Source of the DNA: Octopus sinensis
Taxonomy: Eukaryota
Assembly: GCF_006345805.1 (NCBI RefSeq)
Contig: NC_043006.1
Coordinates: 1,984,001-2,048,000, forward strand
Direction of reading: 5' to 3'
DNA: 64,000 nucleotides
Below are positions 38,420 to 51,430 of the stretch, one piece after another (the stretch's first letter is position 1; the number at the start of each line of letters is the position of its first letter). The notes under the pieces are model-generated. The model made no database searches, had not been told where the DNA came from, and saw only the letters and a list, made by a program, of their open reading frames with translations. The translations under genes were made by a program, and so were the position numbers.

Positions 38420-39157
38420 TACCAGTGCCGGTGGCACACAAGAAAACCATCCGAATGTGGCCGTAGCCAGTACCGCATCGACTGGCCTCCGTGCTGTGGG
38501 CACGTAACAAACACCATCTGATCGTGGCCGTTCGCCCGCCTCATCTGGCACCTGTGTCGGTGGCACATAAAAACACCATCCGCGTCCGTCTGCAGCCTCG
38601 TCTGGCACTGTTCTGCACATAAAAACACCATCCGAGCGTGGCCGTCTGCCAGCCTCATCTGGCACCTGTGTCGGTGGCACATAAAAACACCATCCGAGCG
38701 TGGCCGTCTGCCAGCCTCGTCTGGCACCTGTGTCGGTGGCACATAAAAACACCATCCGAGCGTGGCCGTCTGCCAGCCTCATCTGGCACCTGTGTCGGTG
38801 GCACATAAAAACACCACGAGCGTGGCCGTCTGCCAGCCTCATCTGGCACCTTGTCGTGGCACATAACACCATCCGAGCGTGGCCGTCTGCCAGCCTCGTC
38901 TGGCACCTGTGTCGGTGGCACATAAAAAACACCATCCGAGCGTGGCCGTTCGCCAGCCTCGTCTGGCACCTGTGTCGGTGGCACATAAAATCACCCACTA
39001 CACTCTCGGAGTGGTTGGCGTTAGGAAGGGCATCCAGCTGTAGAAACACTGCCAGATCTGACTGGCCTGGTGCAGCCTTCGGGCTCCCCAGACCCCAGTT
39101 GAACCGTCCAACCCATGCTAGCATGGAAAGCGGACGTTAAATGATGATGATGATGAT
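38420..39157 (+). mobile_element. RTE 3'UTR/tail copy with an expanded array of about 9-10 units of 57-63 bp
   Basis: Unit TGGCACCTGTGTCGGTGGCACATAAAAACACCATCCGAGCGTGGCCGTCTGCCAGCCTCATC, then the common tail and (ATG)n. Confidence 0.92.
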
Positions 39158-39412
39158 ATATATATACATACATGTATATACACACACATATATATATATA
39201 TATACGTGTATATACACATATATATACATGCATACATATACACGCATATACATACATACACACCCACACACATATATACAAACACGCTCATATATATACA
39301 AGCACATGCTTGTGCATGCATACATATGTGTGTCTATATATATATATATATATATACGTGTATATATGAATGGTTTTGTTAAGTGGTGTCATTTTACAAT
39401 TCATTAAACAAT

Positions 39413-39733
39413 AAAAATGGTATTTTTTATAAGCTTAAGTCAGCTTTCCTGAATGTGTGGGATTCGAATGCACATCCCTTTGTTAACGCGACTGTGTTAC
39501 CGATTACACCAGCGAACCAGCCTGTTATTTGACAGAAAGGAGCAGGCTGGTTCACTGGTGTAATTGGTGACACACTGAGTCATGTTAACAAAAAAATGTG
39601 TGTTCGAGTTCTATGCGTACAGGAAAGCCTACTTTTTTCTGGCGAGGGCTTCTATGCCCCATTATTAGACTATTTTCCTTAGTCCTTTGCACAATGATTG
39701 CTATAAGCTTTAAGCTTATAAAAATACCATTTA
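39413..39733. mobile_element. Palindromic MITE related to 28133-28402
   Basis: AAATGGTATTTTTTATAAGCTTAA...TTAAGCTTATAAAAATACCATTT, with nested internal inverted segments. Confidence 0.65.
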
Positions 39734-39739
39734 TATGCA

Positions 39740-39771
<32 letters not shown>

Positions 39772-40129
39772 CGCACACACACATAGCCCTATATTTTTAT
39801 AATAATTGTAGAATATAGAGATATAAAGCAAGTAATTTAATATAAACGAAGAATTATAAGAAATATATATAAGCACTCATCGACAGAGAGCTTGGTCATA
39901 AACCTGATTATCAAATATTTCACTATTTAAAGAATTTTGAGGTTACAAACAAGTATAATGAGATTACATAACCAGAAGGCCGATGACCCTCTGCTTCTAT
40001 CTTTATGATATATTGTTTGGTTTATATCTCAATATTCTATATAACTATATGAATATAGTGCTGTGTGTGCGTGTGCATTTTTATATGTGCATGTGTATGT
40101 ATATGTGTTTATATATATATTGTGTTTGT

Positions 40130-42240
40130 GTATCGTCATCATTTAACGTCCATTGTCCATGCTGGCATGGGTTGGACGATTTGACTGGGCTGGCATGATG
40201 GAAGGCTGCACCAGACTCCAGTCTGATTTGGTGTGGTTTTCTATGACTGGATGCCCTTCCTAATGTCAACCACTTCAAGAGTGTAATGTATGCTTTTACG
40301 TGCCGTCGGTACAGGGGCCATCTGTGTGACCCTGGGGTGCGTTTACATGCCACCAGCATGGGTGCCAGTTTGCATGACACCAGTATCTGCCACGACTGTG
40401 ATTTTGCTTGGATTGATGGATCTTCTTCTCAAACATGACATAATGCCAAAGGTCTCGGTCAGTACCTCCATGAGGCCCAACACTCAAAAGGAACTCATCC
40501 ACTTTGCCTTCATGAGGCCCAACATTCAAAGGATGTTCTTTATATGCCACCAGCACAGGTGTGGTTGGTTTGACAGGTCCTCTCAAGCACAGCACATTGC
40601 CAAAGGTTTCGGTCACCAGTCATTGCCTCTGTGAGGCTCAAAGTTCAAAGATCATGCTTAACTGCCTTGTACCGTGTCTTCCTCTACCACAGATTCCTTC
40701 CACGGTTAGAGATGGCACTTCTTTACACAGCTGTCTTCATCCATACACATCACATGACCATACCAGCACAGTCATCTCTCTTGCACACCATATCTTATGC
40801 CTAACTTTTCCCTGAAGATGCTTACACTCTGTTGAACATGCACACTGACATTGCACATCCAGCAAAGCACACTGGCTTCATTTCTCTCAAGCCTATGCAT
40901 GTCCTCAGCTGTCACAGCCCATGTTTTGCTGCCATGTAGCATGGCTGTTCACACACAGGTATCAAGCAATCTGCCTTTCACTCTGAGGGAGAGGCCTTTT
41001 TTGTTGCCAGCAGGGGTAGGAACTCTCTGAACTTTGCCCAGCCTAATCTTATTCTCACAGCTATGCTCTTGGAGCATCCACCTCCACTACTAACTTGGTC
41101 ACCCAGAAGCTATCTACTACCTCTAGCTTGCCCCCTCCCCCCACTGGCAGTTGCAGGAAGTCTATTTTCTGTGAATTTTCAGCATTTATTGCACATGTAC
41201 ACCTTCAACATACAAAAGTTAGTTTCCCTGTTAACCTTCCTCTGATGTTGCTGCACCTTTTGTGTCCAAAGCTTACACTGGGTGCATCTTATGAAGATTC
41301 TACCTACACCTTTTCTACCTGAAGGGATTTGTGATTTGTCTGACTTCCTTCTTACTATAACTTTGGTTTTTGCTAGGCTAGCTCTAAGTCCCTATGATTC
41401 TAGACCTTGCTTCCATACCTGGAACTTCTTCTCTAGTTCAGGTGGTGATTCAGCTATAAGGGCAAGGTCATCAGCATAGAGGAGCTCCCAGGAGTAGCCT
41501 GTCTTGAATTCCTCTGTTATTACCCAGAGAACTATGATGAACAAGAAGGGGCTGAGCACCGATCCTTGGTGAACCCCTACTTCTACCCTGAATTCTTCAC
41601 TGTACTTGTTGCCTACCCTCACCTTACTGGTAGCGTCCCTGTACAAGGCTTGTACGGCTCTCACCAACCACTCGTCTATCCCTAGTTTCCACACTGATCA
41701 CCAGATAAGGGATGGGGGACTCTGTCAAAAGCGTTCTCCAAGTCAACAAAAGCTAAGTACAGATGCTTATCTTTTGCTAGGTATTTCTCCTTCTAGACTA
41801 ACTTTCTCCCTAATTAGCTGAGCTCCGTAACTTTCATCACCTGATCAACTATTTGATGCTTCTGTAATTATTTCTGTCTAAGGCATCACCTTTACTTTTG
41901 CAGCAGTTGACTATTGTGCTGCAATACCAGTCATTGGGTATGATTCATTCACGAACCACCTGATTTACAATACAGGTGATTAGGCTATAACCCACACCGC
42001 CAATTATTTTAAGCATCTCAGCGGTGATTCCTGATGGGCTTGAGGCTTTCCCTGTCTTCATATCCTTAATTGCTTTAACTACCAGGCTTCTGTCGATTCG
42101 GGTAGCTGGTCCCTCATTTGGGTCAACATTTGGCAGACTCTTCTCCTCTCATTCATTCTCCACATTCAGCAGTCTTTCATAACGGCATCTCCAAGCCTCT
42201 TTCTTTCTTTCTTTGCAGACTCATTAAAAGCAAGTACACC
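40130..42240 (-). mobile_element. Decayed RTE LINE with deletions
   Basis: GIDEWLVRAVQALY...GVHQGSVLSP...LLYADDLALIAES (41392-41694), plus tail at about 40130. Confidence 0.92.
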
Positions 42241-42681
42241 ATCATCCATGCAGACGCATATGTTTATATATGTATGTATACATATGTATAAGTGTGTATG
42301 AATGTGAGTGTCTGTCTGTGTGTGTGTGTGTGTACAAGTGTGGAAAGGGGATGGCAGTTCTATGACTTTCTGCTGCCCCGAGGCCTGCTTTCTTTTATCT
42401 CACTTAACCAACAAGATATCTTTCTGGTTTTGATGATCTTAAGGACATACCTTGGCAACGGTTTGTCTATATTTTTTTCCCACTTACCTCATAGCAAGTT
42501 ATGACTATAAACCAATAAAGATAACTCTTCAAAATAATAGAAGTGTTTGATCGCTTTACTTCTTTGAATGCCCATTATACTTCTGATTTGAATGTTCTCT
42601 TTTAAAATACCATTTATCCAAAATGTTGTTGGATATGTCACCAACTAGGGCTTTACCTTACCTGTTTACACCTGTTTAAAA

Positions 42682-42763
42682 TTGTACTTGAAGATGGTTG
42701 GTTTATGCTATGATGTCATCTATGAATACATCAAAATACTTCTACCGAAACAGCTGTTGTCAA
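42682..42763 (+). ncRNA. Hammerhead-like motif, decayed
   Basis: UUG(U)AC-UUGAAGA-UGG...CC-GAA-ACAGCUGU-U/GUCAA. Confidence 0.35.
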
Positions 42764-43557
42764 TTTTAAATCCCATTTGTGCTCTTCTGTTTTTTTACCT
42801 ATGCTGCTCCTAGAATCAATTTTGTGTCAGATCTACAGTTTAAATTGGATTTGTTACTTACATATCTACGGTACCCTACCAACACAATGCCTTCAGGGTT
42901 GTTTTGCCTCACTGTGAATCTTATGTTATTGTACATTGCCAATTCTGGCATCCTACATGTTGATGTCCCTAGATTCTAATGATTCTTATAATTAATCTAT
43001 ATACATATGTATTGTATGTGTGTGTGTGTGTGTATGTGTTTCACTCATGATTGACAGATTGTGGGTTCAGTTCCCTGACTGGGCGGTTTCTTGAGCGAAA
43101 CAGTTCATTTTGTGTTGCTCCAGTTCCCCGCTTTTGATGAGGGCAGGGTGGCGTCATTTAAAGGTTAAATCAATGCAAAAGCACATTGTGGCCAGCAGTG
43201 TGCAACAACATCTGATATCCTGCTCGTTCACATTTTTGTATACCTACCTACCTACCTACCTACCTACCTACCTACCTACCTACCTACCTACCTACCTACC
43301 TACATGCATGCATGCGTATGTTTAATCCATAATAATGAGTCTGACAAATTATATTTTGTCAAACTCACAGTTATGGATTTAAACTTATTGACACTCTGGC
43401 CACTGGTTTTGAGTTCGTTATTCTAAATGGTATCACCACGTTCCTGTGAATTTGTCATTTCCAAAAGTCTCTATCTGTGTGTATATATATATCTATACAT
43501 GTGTGTGTGTATGTATGTATGTATGTATGATTAACATACCTTTTATTTCTTTTTAAG

Positions 43558-43616
43558 GACCAATACAAGCAATGGTTTGTGGCAGAAGTTCGCATAATAG
43601 CCACAGATGGAGTCAG
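43558..43616 (+). CDS. ATP13A3: ATP13A-like exon (DQYKQWFVAEVRIIATDGV+AG)
   Basis: 59 nt, phase 0-2, ttttaAG/GTttgt. Resembles D.F..WF...V in P5B ATPases. Confidence 0.88.
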
Positions 43617-44301
43617 GTTTGTTTATCTGCTACTTTCCTGTTTATAAACAATAAATAACATTTTTCCTTAGTAAATATTTCATTGTAAAATGAAAACCAA
43701 AAATCTTACTTTTTCTGTGATAATGTGAAAATTCATTTGAATTTCTCTAGTTTATACTATTGATGTATAGGCTTTGGTGAAAAATCTTCTGACAGAGCAA
43801 CAAGACATTTCTAATTTCTTTGACAATAAATATCACACCCCCACATCTGTCTCCCTCTATGGCACACAAATTTATCTCGTTTCATAAATTTCATTTATGA
43901 CAGCGTGGTTAGGGAGCTTGCTTCCTAGCCACATGGTTTTGGGTTCAGTCCCACTGCGTGGCATTTTGGGCAGGTGTCTTCCACTATAGCCTCGAGCCGA
44001 CCGGAGCTTTGTGATTGAATTCGGTAGGTGGAAGTTACTGCCGTGTGTGTATGTGTGCGTATAGCTGCTCAGTGCCTCTCTGAAAGAGAGAGAGAGGGGA
44101 CAGCATCTTGGAGTCATCTTCTGAATATTTTCACTTTATCACTAGCACTAGATAAGTCTACTATTTTTTTTTTTAGTCTGGCTTTGTTTTTTGTTTGTTT
44201 TGTCTGCATCAGGATATGAAAAACTTATTTTTCACTGGATTTCTGTGTAGAATCTTATTCCAACAGCAGTCAGCAAATCAACCTTGTCTTCCAACCAAAG
44301 G

Positions 44302-44344
<43 letters not shown>

Positions 44345-44418
44345 CATCATATGTAAACAAACATAAGTTTGTTTTTGAAGCGTTGAAATGTGTTGTAGAA
44401 CAAATAAAAAGACTTTTT

Positions 44419-44571
44419 TTTTTTTTCAACACGTAAATACTGAACAGTATATATAAAGGATAAAATCCTTTTAAGAGCAGAAGAATTTGTTGGTTGCTGG
44501 CAAATTTTTCTGCCCTTAAAAGGATTTTATCCTTTATATATACTGTTCAGTATTTACGTGTTGAAAAAAAA
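44419..44571. repeat. Near-perfect foldback, about 71-bp arms
   Basis: Two mismatches between the arms; 11-nt loop. Confidence 0.95.
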
Positions 44572-44871
44572 TTTATCTTTCTACTTATTATTATTGTGGA
44601 GGTGCATGGCTGAGTGGTTAGGGTGTCAGCATCATGATCGTAAGATTGTGGTTTCGATTCCTGGACCGGACGTCGTGTTGTGTTCTTGAGCAAAACACTT
44701 CATTTCATGTTGCTCCAGTCTACTCAGCTGGCAAAAATGAGTAACCTGTGATGGACTGGCATCCCGTCCAGCTGGGGAACACATACGCCATTGAAACCGG
44801 GAAATCGGGCCCATGAGCCTGGCTAGGCTTTAAAAGGGCACATTTATTTATTTTTTACTTATTGTTGTTGT

Positions 44872-45408
44872 TGTTGAATGAGAGAGCAGTGCATGCCATC
44901 AAAGTAACACTAGGGTAAAATATACAAAGCTTATTATACCCATCATAACTACTTGTCTGATAAGGGTACACCAGGCACATGCATCACAACCATATGTGCA
45001 CGACATGGTGATCTCATGTGAAGATAAATAGCACATAACCTTGCAGGTGGGGCCCAGTTAGTATTTTCTTCAGGTTGAGTAACCCATCCCGCTCAAAAGG
45101 TTCCTGAGTAAGGTTTCTTTAAGGATGTTGAATGAAACATCCATGTTTCCAGAGGTGAATTATTCAAACTTCCTAAGAATTCCTCTCAACACACGGCTAT
45201 GATGCTCCCCTGCTATGTCTGCTCATGATCAGAGATGCACATATCATCAGCCACTAAGGGACCTGCTCAACTGACAAGCAAATCTGTGGTATTGAGCAGA
45301 ATATATACTGTAGCCCATCTTTTACACCAAGACAAAACAATGTATGTGATAACACTTCCAATCAGTTAAGATCAGAAGCCATGAAAGCCACTGCCTGGTA
45401 CTGCATCA
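44872..45408 (-). mobile_element. Unclassified retroelement 3' region; second copy at 63500-63790
   Basis: Two colinear copies, each preceded on the + strand by a (TAT/TGT)n tail. Confidence 0.7.
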
Positions 45409-45815
45409 TCATCATCATCACCACCACCACCACCACCACAACCACCATCACTATGCTCATCATCACCACCACCACCATCATCATCATCATCACCATCATC
45501 ATCATCACCACCACCACCACCACCACCACCACCATCATCATAATCATCATCATCACCACCACCATCATCATCATCATCATCACCACCATCATCACCACCA
45601 CCACCACCACAACCACCATCACTATGCTCATCATCATCACCATCATAATCACCATCATCATCATCATCATCATCATCATCACCACCATCATCATCATCAT
45701 CATCACCATCATAATCATCATCATCACCACCATCATCACCACCACCATCACTATCATCATCACCACCACCATCATAATCATCATCATCATCACCATCATA
45801 ATCATCATCATCATC
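45405..45815. repeat. Imperfect (CAT/CAC)n tract
   Basis: Seen directly; contains an internal duplicated block ACCACAACCACCATCACTATGCTCATCATC. Confidence 0.97.
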
Positions 45816-46647
45816 AAGAAGGTGGTGAGCTGGCAGAATTGTTAGCATGCTGAGCAAAATGCTTAGCAGTATTTTGTCTGCCATGACGTTCTGAGTTCAA
45901 ATTCTGCCGAGATCGAATTTGCCTTCCACCCTTTCAAGTTGGCAGAACCATTAGCAGACTGGATGAAATGCTTAGTGCCATTTCTTCTGTCTTTGCATTC
46001 TGAGCTCAAATCCTGCTGAGGGTGACTTTGCCTTTCATCCTTTTGGGGTTAATATAATCAGCTAGCTTCCTCCAACCAAATTTCAGGCTTTGTGCCTTTA
46101 GCAGAAAGAAATATTACCATTATTAAACCGGCAGAATCATTTGGGTATCAGACAAAATGCTTAGTGGCATTTTTCTAGTTCTTTATGTTGTGAGTTCAAA
46201 TCCTGCCATGATCAACTTTGTTTTTCATCCTTGTGGAGCTGATCCTCATAATGTTGAGCCTTCGCCCTTTGGCAGAATTGTCAGGGTATTGGATAAAATT
46301 CTACATGGTTTGGTTCAGTTACAGTTCTTGGCATTCTGGTTTCAAGTCTCACTGAGGTCAGTTTTAACCTCCATGGCTCTGGGACCTTGAAAACACAAAA
46401 CTTCCCAAGTTTTATGATTGATGTAATCTACAAACCTCAAAATTGCTTACTTTATCTTTTATCTCTTATTTGTTTCAGTCAGTAGAATGTGGCCATGCTG
46501 GGGCACCGCCTTGAAGAATATTAGTCGAATGAATTGATCCCTTTTTGTTTTAAAGCCTGGTACTTATTCTTTCAGTCTCTTTTGCTGAACCGTTGAGTTA
46601 CAGGGACATAAACAAGCCAACAACAGTTGCCAAGCAGTAATTGGATA

Positions 46648-46682
<35 letters not shown>

Positions 46683-48358
46683 GTATATATGATAGGCTTC
46701 TTTCAGTTTCCGTATTCCACATCCACTTACAAGGCTTTGATCAGCCTAGAGGCTATAGCAGAAGATATTTGCCCAAGGTGCTATGCTGTGGGACTGAACT
46801 CGTAGCTGTGTGGTTGGGAAGCAAACTTCCTACCACATGGCCATGTCTCATGCCTAAAACACAAACAATTATTTTCTTGTTTTCTATGATTGTAAATTCA
46901 GTTTTGATTACATGTTTCACCATCATCATCATCATATAACGTCCGCTTTCCATGCTAGCATGGGTTGGATGGTTCGACCAGGGTCTGGAAAACCAGGAGG
47001 CTGCACCAGGCTCCAGTCTGATCTGGCAGTGTTTCTACAGCTGGATGCCCTTCCTAATGCCAACCACCCCATGCTCTTCATGAGGGTAGTGGGTGCTTTT
47101 TACATGCCACCGGCACGGGCCAGAGGGGGCTGGCAACGGCCACGATTGGTTGGTGCTTTTTACGTGCCACCGGCACGGGCCAGAGGGGGCTGGCAACGGC
47201 CACGATTGGTTGGTGCTTTTTACGTGCTACTGGCATTTGTAAGAATTTTGAAAGAGGGTCTGTCACTGGAATCAGAAGTGTGAGTGCGTCTTTTATCTTT
47301 TATTTGTTTCAGCCATTTGACTGAGGCCATACTGGGGCACCACCTTAAAAGGGTTTAGTCGAACAAAGCGACTCTAGGACTTACTTTTTAAGCTTAGTAC
47401 TTACTCTATCGGTCTCTTGTGCCAAACCACTAAGCTACATGGACATAAACAAACCAACACCAGTGCAGTAGTGGGGGGACAAACAAGCATAAAGACACAC
47501 ACACACACACTTGAGTAAGCCCATAAATGCAAATGTGATTTCATGTTGTGGTGCACCTGAGCACTGTACACAATAATTTCATTATTATTATTATTAAGAT
47601 GCAACAAAATAGTCCTCGACTACTGAAGGTTTGCTTTTTTATTGAAAATGATCACAACTCTCCAACGAATGGGAATGTGAAACTCTGAGTCACAGTTTTT
47701 TGTGATGTTTTTGCAGCTTCAATAAAAATGTGTATGTGTATATGGAAACTGAAAGAAGCCCGTCGTATATATATATGTGTTTGTGTGTGTCTGTGTTTGC
47801 CCCCTCAACATCGCTTGACAACTGATGCTGGTGTGTTTACGTCCCCGTAAATTAGTGGTTCGGCAAAAGAGACGGATGGAATAAGTACTGGGCTTACAAA
47901 GAATAAGTCCTGGGGTCGATTTGCTCGACTAAAGGCAGTGCTCCAGCATGGCCACAGTCAACTGACTGAAACAAGTAAAAGAATAAAAGAGTAAAGAGAT
48001 ACAGACACATACACACACACATATATAAATACACACACACATATATATATATTTATATACATACATACAATGGGTTTCTTTCAGTTTCCATCAACCAAAT
48101 CCACTTACAAGTCTTTGGTCAGCCCAAGGCTATATAGTAGAAGACACTTGCCCAAGGTGCCATGCAGTGGGACTGAACCCAGACCTGTGTGGTTGGGAAG
48201 TAAGCTTTTTACCACATAGCCATGCCTGTGTGTGTGTGTGTGAGTGGGAGGGGGGGAATACTGCTATAATAACTCGTTAAATTGTATTAAAACTTGACTC
48301 TTTAAACCTGTTGTGTTTATTGGAATTTCCCTCCTTTCTTTTTCTCTTTTCTTCACAG

Positions 48359-48455
48359 CACCCAACTTACCAAACTTGCAGATGCATCTTTTTCCATGTA
48401 TAAAGGCAAACTTTCCACTGCTGCATATTTACAAGATTCAGCCATGGAACAATCG
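48359..48455 (+). CDS. ATP13A3: ATP13A-like exon (STQLTKLADASFSMYKGKLSTAAYLQDSAMEQS), variable N-terminal loop
   Basis: 97 nt, phase 2-0. Strong polypyrimidine tract with cAG, donor GTaggt; phases fit both neighbours. Confidence 0.75.
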
Positions 48456-48565
48456 GTAGGTGCACACAACTCGACCATTTCATGTATCTCTCCATGTCTG
48501 TTTGTCTGCATGCATGCATGCCTACCTGTCTGTTGGTCCATCCATCTATCTGTCCATCTCTCCCC

Positions 48566-48610
<45 letters not shown>

Positions 48611-49093
48611 GTTGGATAATCCTTTGTTACATTACCTAGTGAAAGCCTTAGTGGTTGGGGCATTCAGTTCATGATCGTAAGGTCATGAGTTCAATTCCTG
48701 GCGATGCGTTGTGTCCTTGAGCAAGACACTTTACTTCACTTTATTGCCCCAGTCCACTCAGCTGGCAAAAATGAGTTGTACCTGTAATTCACAAGGGGGG
48801 CAGCCTTGTCTCACACTGTGTCACGCTGAATCTCCCTGAGAACCATGTTTAGTGTACATGTGTCTGTGGAGTGCTCAGCTGCTTGCACGTTAATTTCACA
48901 AGTAGGCTGTTCCATTGATCAAACGGAATGGAACTGTTCCGTTGATCAAATGAAATGGAACCCCTGTTGCAACCGATGGAGTGCCAGGTTTTTTTGTTCT
49001 TTTAAGTATTACTATTGTTAGTTTCACCACAGTTTTGTTGTTCAGGCAATGCTTCGAGATCCACCTTCTGTTTGCATTGTTCCTTTTAATTAG

Positions 49094-49177
49094 GCAGATT
49101 ACAAAGCGTTATATGAAGAACCAAATTATGGTGAAACTAACAGCAGAAATATAAGCATTGATTATGCAATTAGCCAG
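49094..49177 (+). CDS. ATP13A3: ATP13A-like exon (ADYKALYEEPNYGETNSRNISIDYAISQ), variable loop, possibly skippable
   Basis: 84 nt, phase 0-0, ttttaattAG/GTaata, open frame. No recognisable family motif. Confidence 0.6.
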
Positions 49178-49893
49178 GTAATATATTTATGTGTATAGGT
49201 ATTGTTTTTGGTATCTCACATGTCACACTTTACTAATTTTTTTTATTTTGCATTATATTTTTATATATAGTTGATTTCATAAAAATTGATAAACTTTGAG
49301 AGAACATGAAGTAATTCTATTTTTGAGTGGTGGATCTTGAAGCAGACAAAGCTATAAATAAATAATATGTAAATATTTGGTTAAAAAATCCCTTTTTGAT
49401 AGAAAATGTCAAAGGCTGCTTGTAGGACTTGCACCCACGTCTCCTATAGACATGACAGCTGTTGTACCACTGGACCAAAGCAATCCTTTGAATTTCTCCA
49501 CTCTAGAAACTTCATTCTTACCAGCAAGATTTTTATGTTGTTGCCATAAGAATTTAGAAACTTCAGGAAGCCTTCAACATTTTTATCCAAAGGATTTTTT
49601 AACCCAATACGTCCATGCTATTATTTATAGTTTTGTCTGCTTCAAGATTTACCATTCCAGAAAGGAATCTTATTCATATTTCCGTTTCTATATTTAATGT
49701 AATTATCCTACCATATTTGGGTGTGTGTTTATACTGTTTTTCTTTTATGTCCTTGGGGCAAATAGCAGAAATCTATTTCTCTAATACAGTTTAAATACAT
49801 TTTTTCCTTGGGCCAATTTTAAATGGTATTTTTTCAGTATTTTCTTTTTTTTAAATTTAATTATTTAATTACTATTTTCTTCGTTTTTTGCAG

Positions 49894-49976
49894 CACATTC
49901 AATCAGTCCAGTTTTTTATAATTAAAAAGTTAAAATACATTTGGGACTCAGAATTAGGTAACTATAGAAAATTAAG
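49894..49976 (+). CDS. ATP13A3: ATP13A-like exon (HIQSVQFFIIKKLKYIWDSELGNYRKL+AG)
   Basis: 83 nt, phase 0-2, ttttgcAG/GTaaag. F...KLKYIWD matches the P5B RYF....KY.W motif. Confidence 0.9.
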
Positions 49977-50767
49977 GTAAGATTCTGAAACATTTTTGGT
50001 GATGATGCTCTATTTCTGCCCTTTTTTTTCTCTTACAATGTAATAGTTTACAATCAAAACTTGTTCACAAAGCAACATGTCAAATGCCTGACTGATGGTC
50101 TTGGTTTCAAATCCTACATTGAATTGACCCTCTCAGTCACGTTGTATTGGGCAGTTGGACACAGCTTAAAGTTGTGAGGCCCATTTAGTTATACAGTGCA
50201 GAAAGAAACGTTACCATTGTTGGTGCCGTGACAAAATGCACCAATAAAATGATGAACAATAAAGCAGGAAGGACACAGAGGAAAGAGGACCCTTCAGTGT
50301 AGCTGGGTTTAACTTTTCTAGTTCCAGTGCCTTCATAAAATCCACTTCAATTTTTGTGGGTTATCTAGAATACCCTTTCTACTATTGTTTCAGCAGCAGT
50401 TTTTCTTTGCATCAGCCAGTCTTGTCACTTCCCAAACACCAAATAGGAAGGAAATATTTTTGTGTTTTGTCATTTTGTAGCACACTATTCAAGAAGACAA
50501 GGTTTATTGAAGCATCAATTGTAGTGTCCTTTCATAGTAAAACTTACCATTCAGGAACGGTGCACTAGTTATAATTTCCGTCCCTGTAGTGTAATGTATA
50601 TACACCATTGATAGGCCAGCTTATTGTAATAGTTGTCCCGAGATAATGTCTCTCATGGGCATACTGTATTAAAAGCACAGTTAATGTTGGCGGGAGTTAT
50701 AGTGTTGTCTAAGAAAACTTTGGATTTTATGTAACATACATCTCTCACTTCTCATTTTATTTCTCAG

Positions 50768-50842
50768 AGGATTGGAAGAAGATACATCTTTGGTATTCTT
50801 CCATGATTGCAAAGGTCTTACATCAGATGAGGTCATTCAACG
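50768..50842 (+). CDS. ATP13A3: ATP13A-like exon (RGLEEDTSLVFFHDCKGLTSDEVIQR)
   Basis: 75 nt, phase 2-2, ttctcAG/GTaagt. Carries the P-type ATPase N-terminal GLT..EV..R motif. Confidence 0.92.
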
Positions 50843-50861
50843 GTAAGTAAAAATTCCTCCT

Positions 50862-50990
50862 TTTTTTTTTTACCATTCTTTCAGTTCAGATTTTTTAAAA
50901 TCCTTCCTTTTTACCATTCTTTCAGTTCAGCATTTTCAAAAATTCTTCCTTTTTTTTTTTTTTAACCATTCTTTCAATTAAGATTTTGCA
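50862..50990. repeat. About 3 x 42-48-bp tandem repeat just after the donor at 50843; another 3 x ~29-bp repeat at 62022-62105
   Basis: TTTTACCATTCTTTCAGTTCAG and AGATAATTAATTAGATGTCTTTCAA units. Confidence 0.8.
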
Positions 50991-51129
50991 AGAATGTTCT
51001 ATTTTTGAAAAACTCCAACTTCATGTCTTGATATTCTGAACTTCTCAAAACTGACGTTTTCTCCCCAAATTCATAATAATCCATCCATCCATCTACTATT
51101 CTTGGGACAGTCATGGGATTAGAATCTCC

Positions 51130-51430
51130 AGGCACCTCTTCCATATGGTCCTGCCAGAAGCAATCCCCATTAGACTTTCCAGCTGGATTCTAAAGCACGA
51201 CCAACTGAGATTATGGATGTCATCCACCCATCTCGTTCGTGGTCTATCCCTAAGTCTCCTGCCAGTTAGCTCAGCTTGAAAAACCTGTCCTCAGACATTC
51301 TAATTCTATGTCTGTAACACAAGGGCTGCGATCTCAATGCAGAGAAGTTCCAGCTCAGTCTGGAGAGGTTCCTGTTCTCCAGGCTACATACTCTGTTGAG
51401 TAACATCACCCTGGAGACACTTCAGAGGAA
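51130..51430 (-). mobile_element. Old RTE-type 3' fragment
   Basis: QVFQAELTGRRLRDRPRTRW resembles the RTE C-terminal GRPRTRW. Confidence 0.5.

Noticed and set aside
38420-39000. CRISPR-like array (hairpin repeat plus ~40-nt spacers)
   Set aside because: The spacers are homologous to each other, there are no cas genes, the context is eukaryotic, and the array is part of a LINE 3'UTR.
38113-39140. 209-aa and 327-aa repetitive ORFs
   Set aside because: Produced by the ~62-bp tandem unit in a non-coding UTR.
45362-45884. Asp/Gly-rich, Met/Val-rich and Ile/Thr-rich ORFs
   Set aside because: All are frames of one (CAT/CAC)n tract, with no splice or homology support.
49046-49093. Extended 5' version of exon 49094
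   Set aside because: It contains an in-frame TAG, so it was not used in the gene model.
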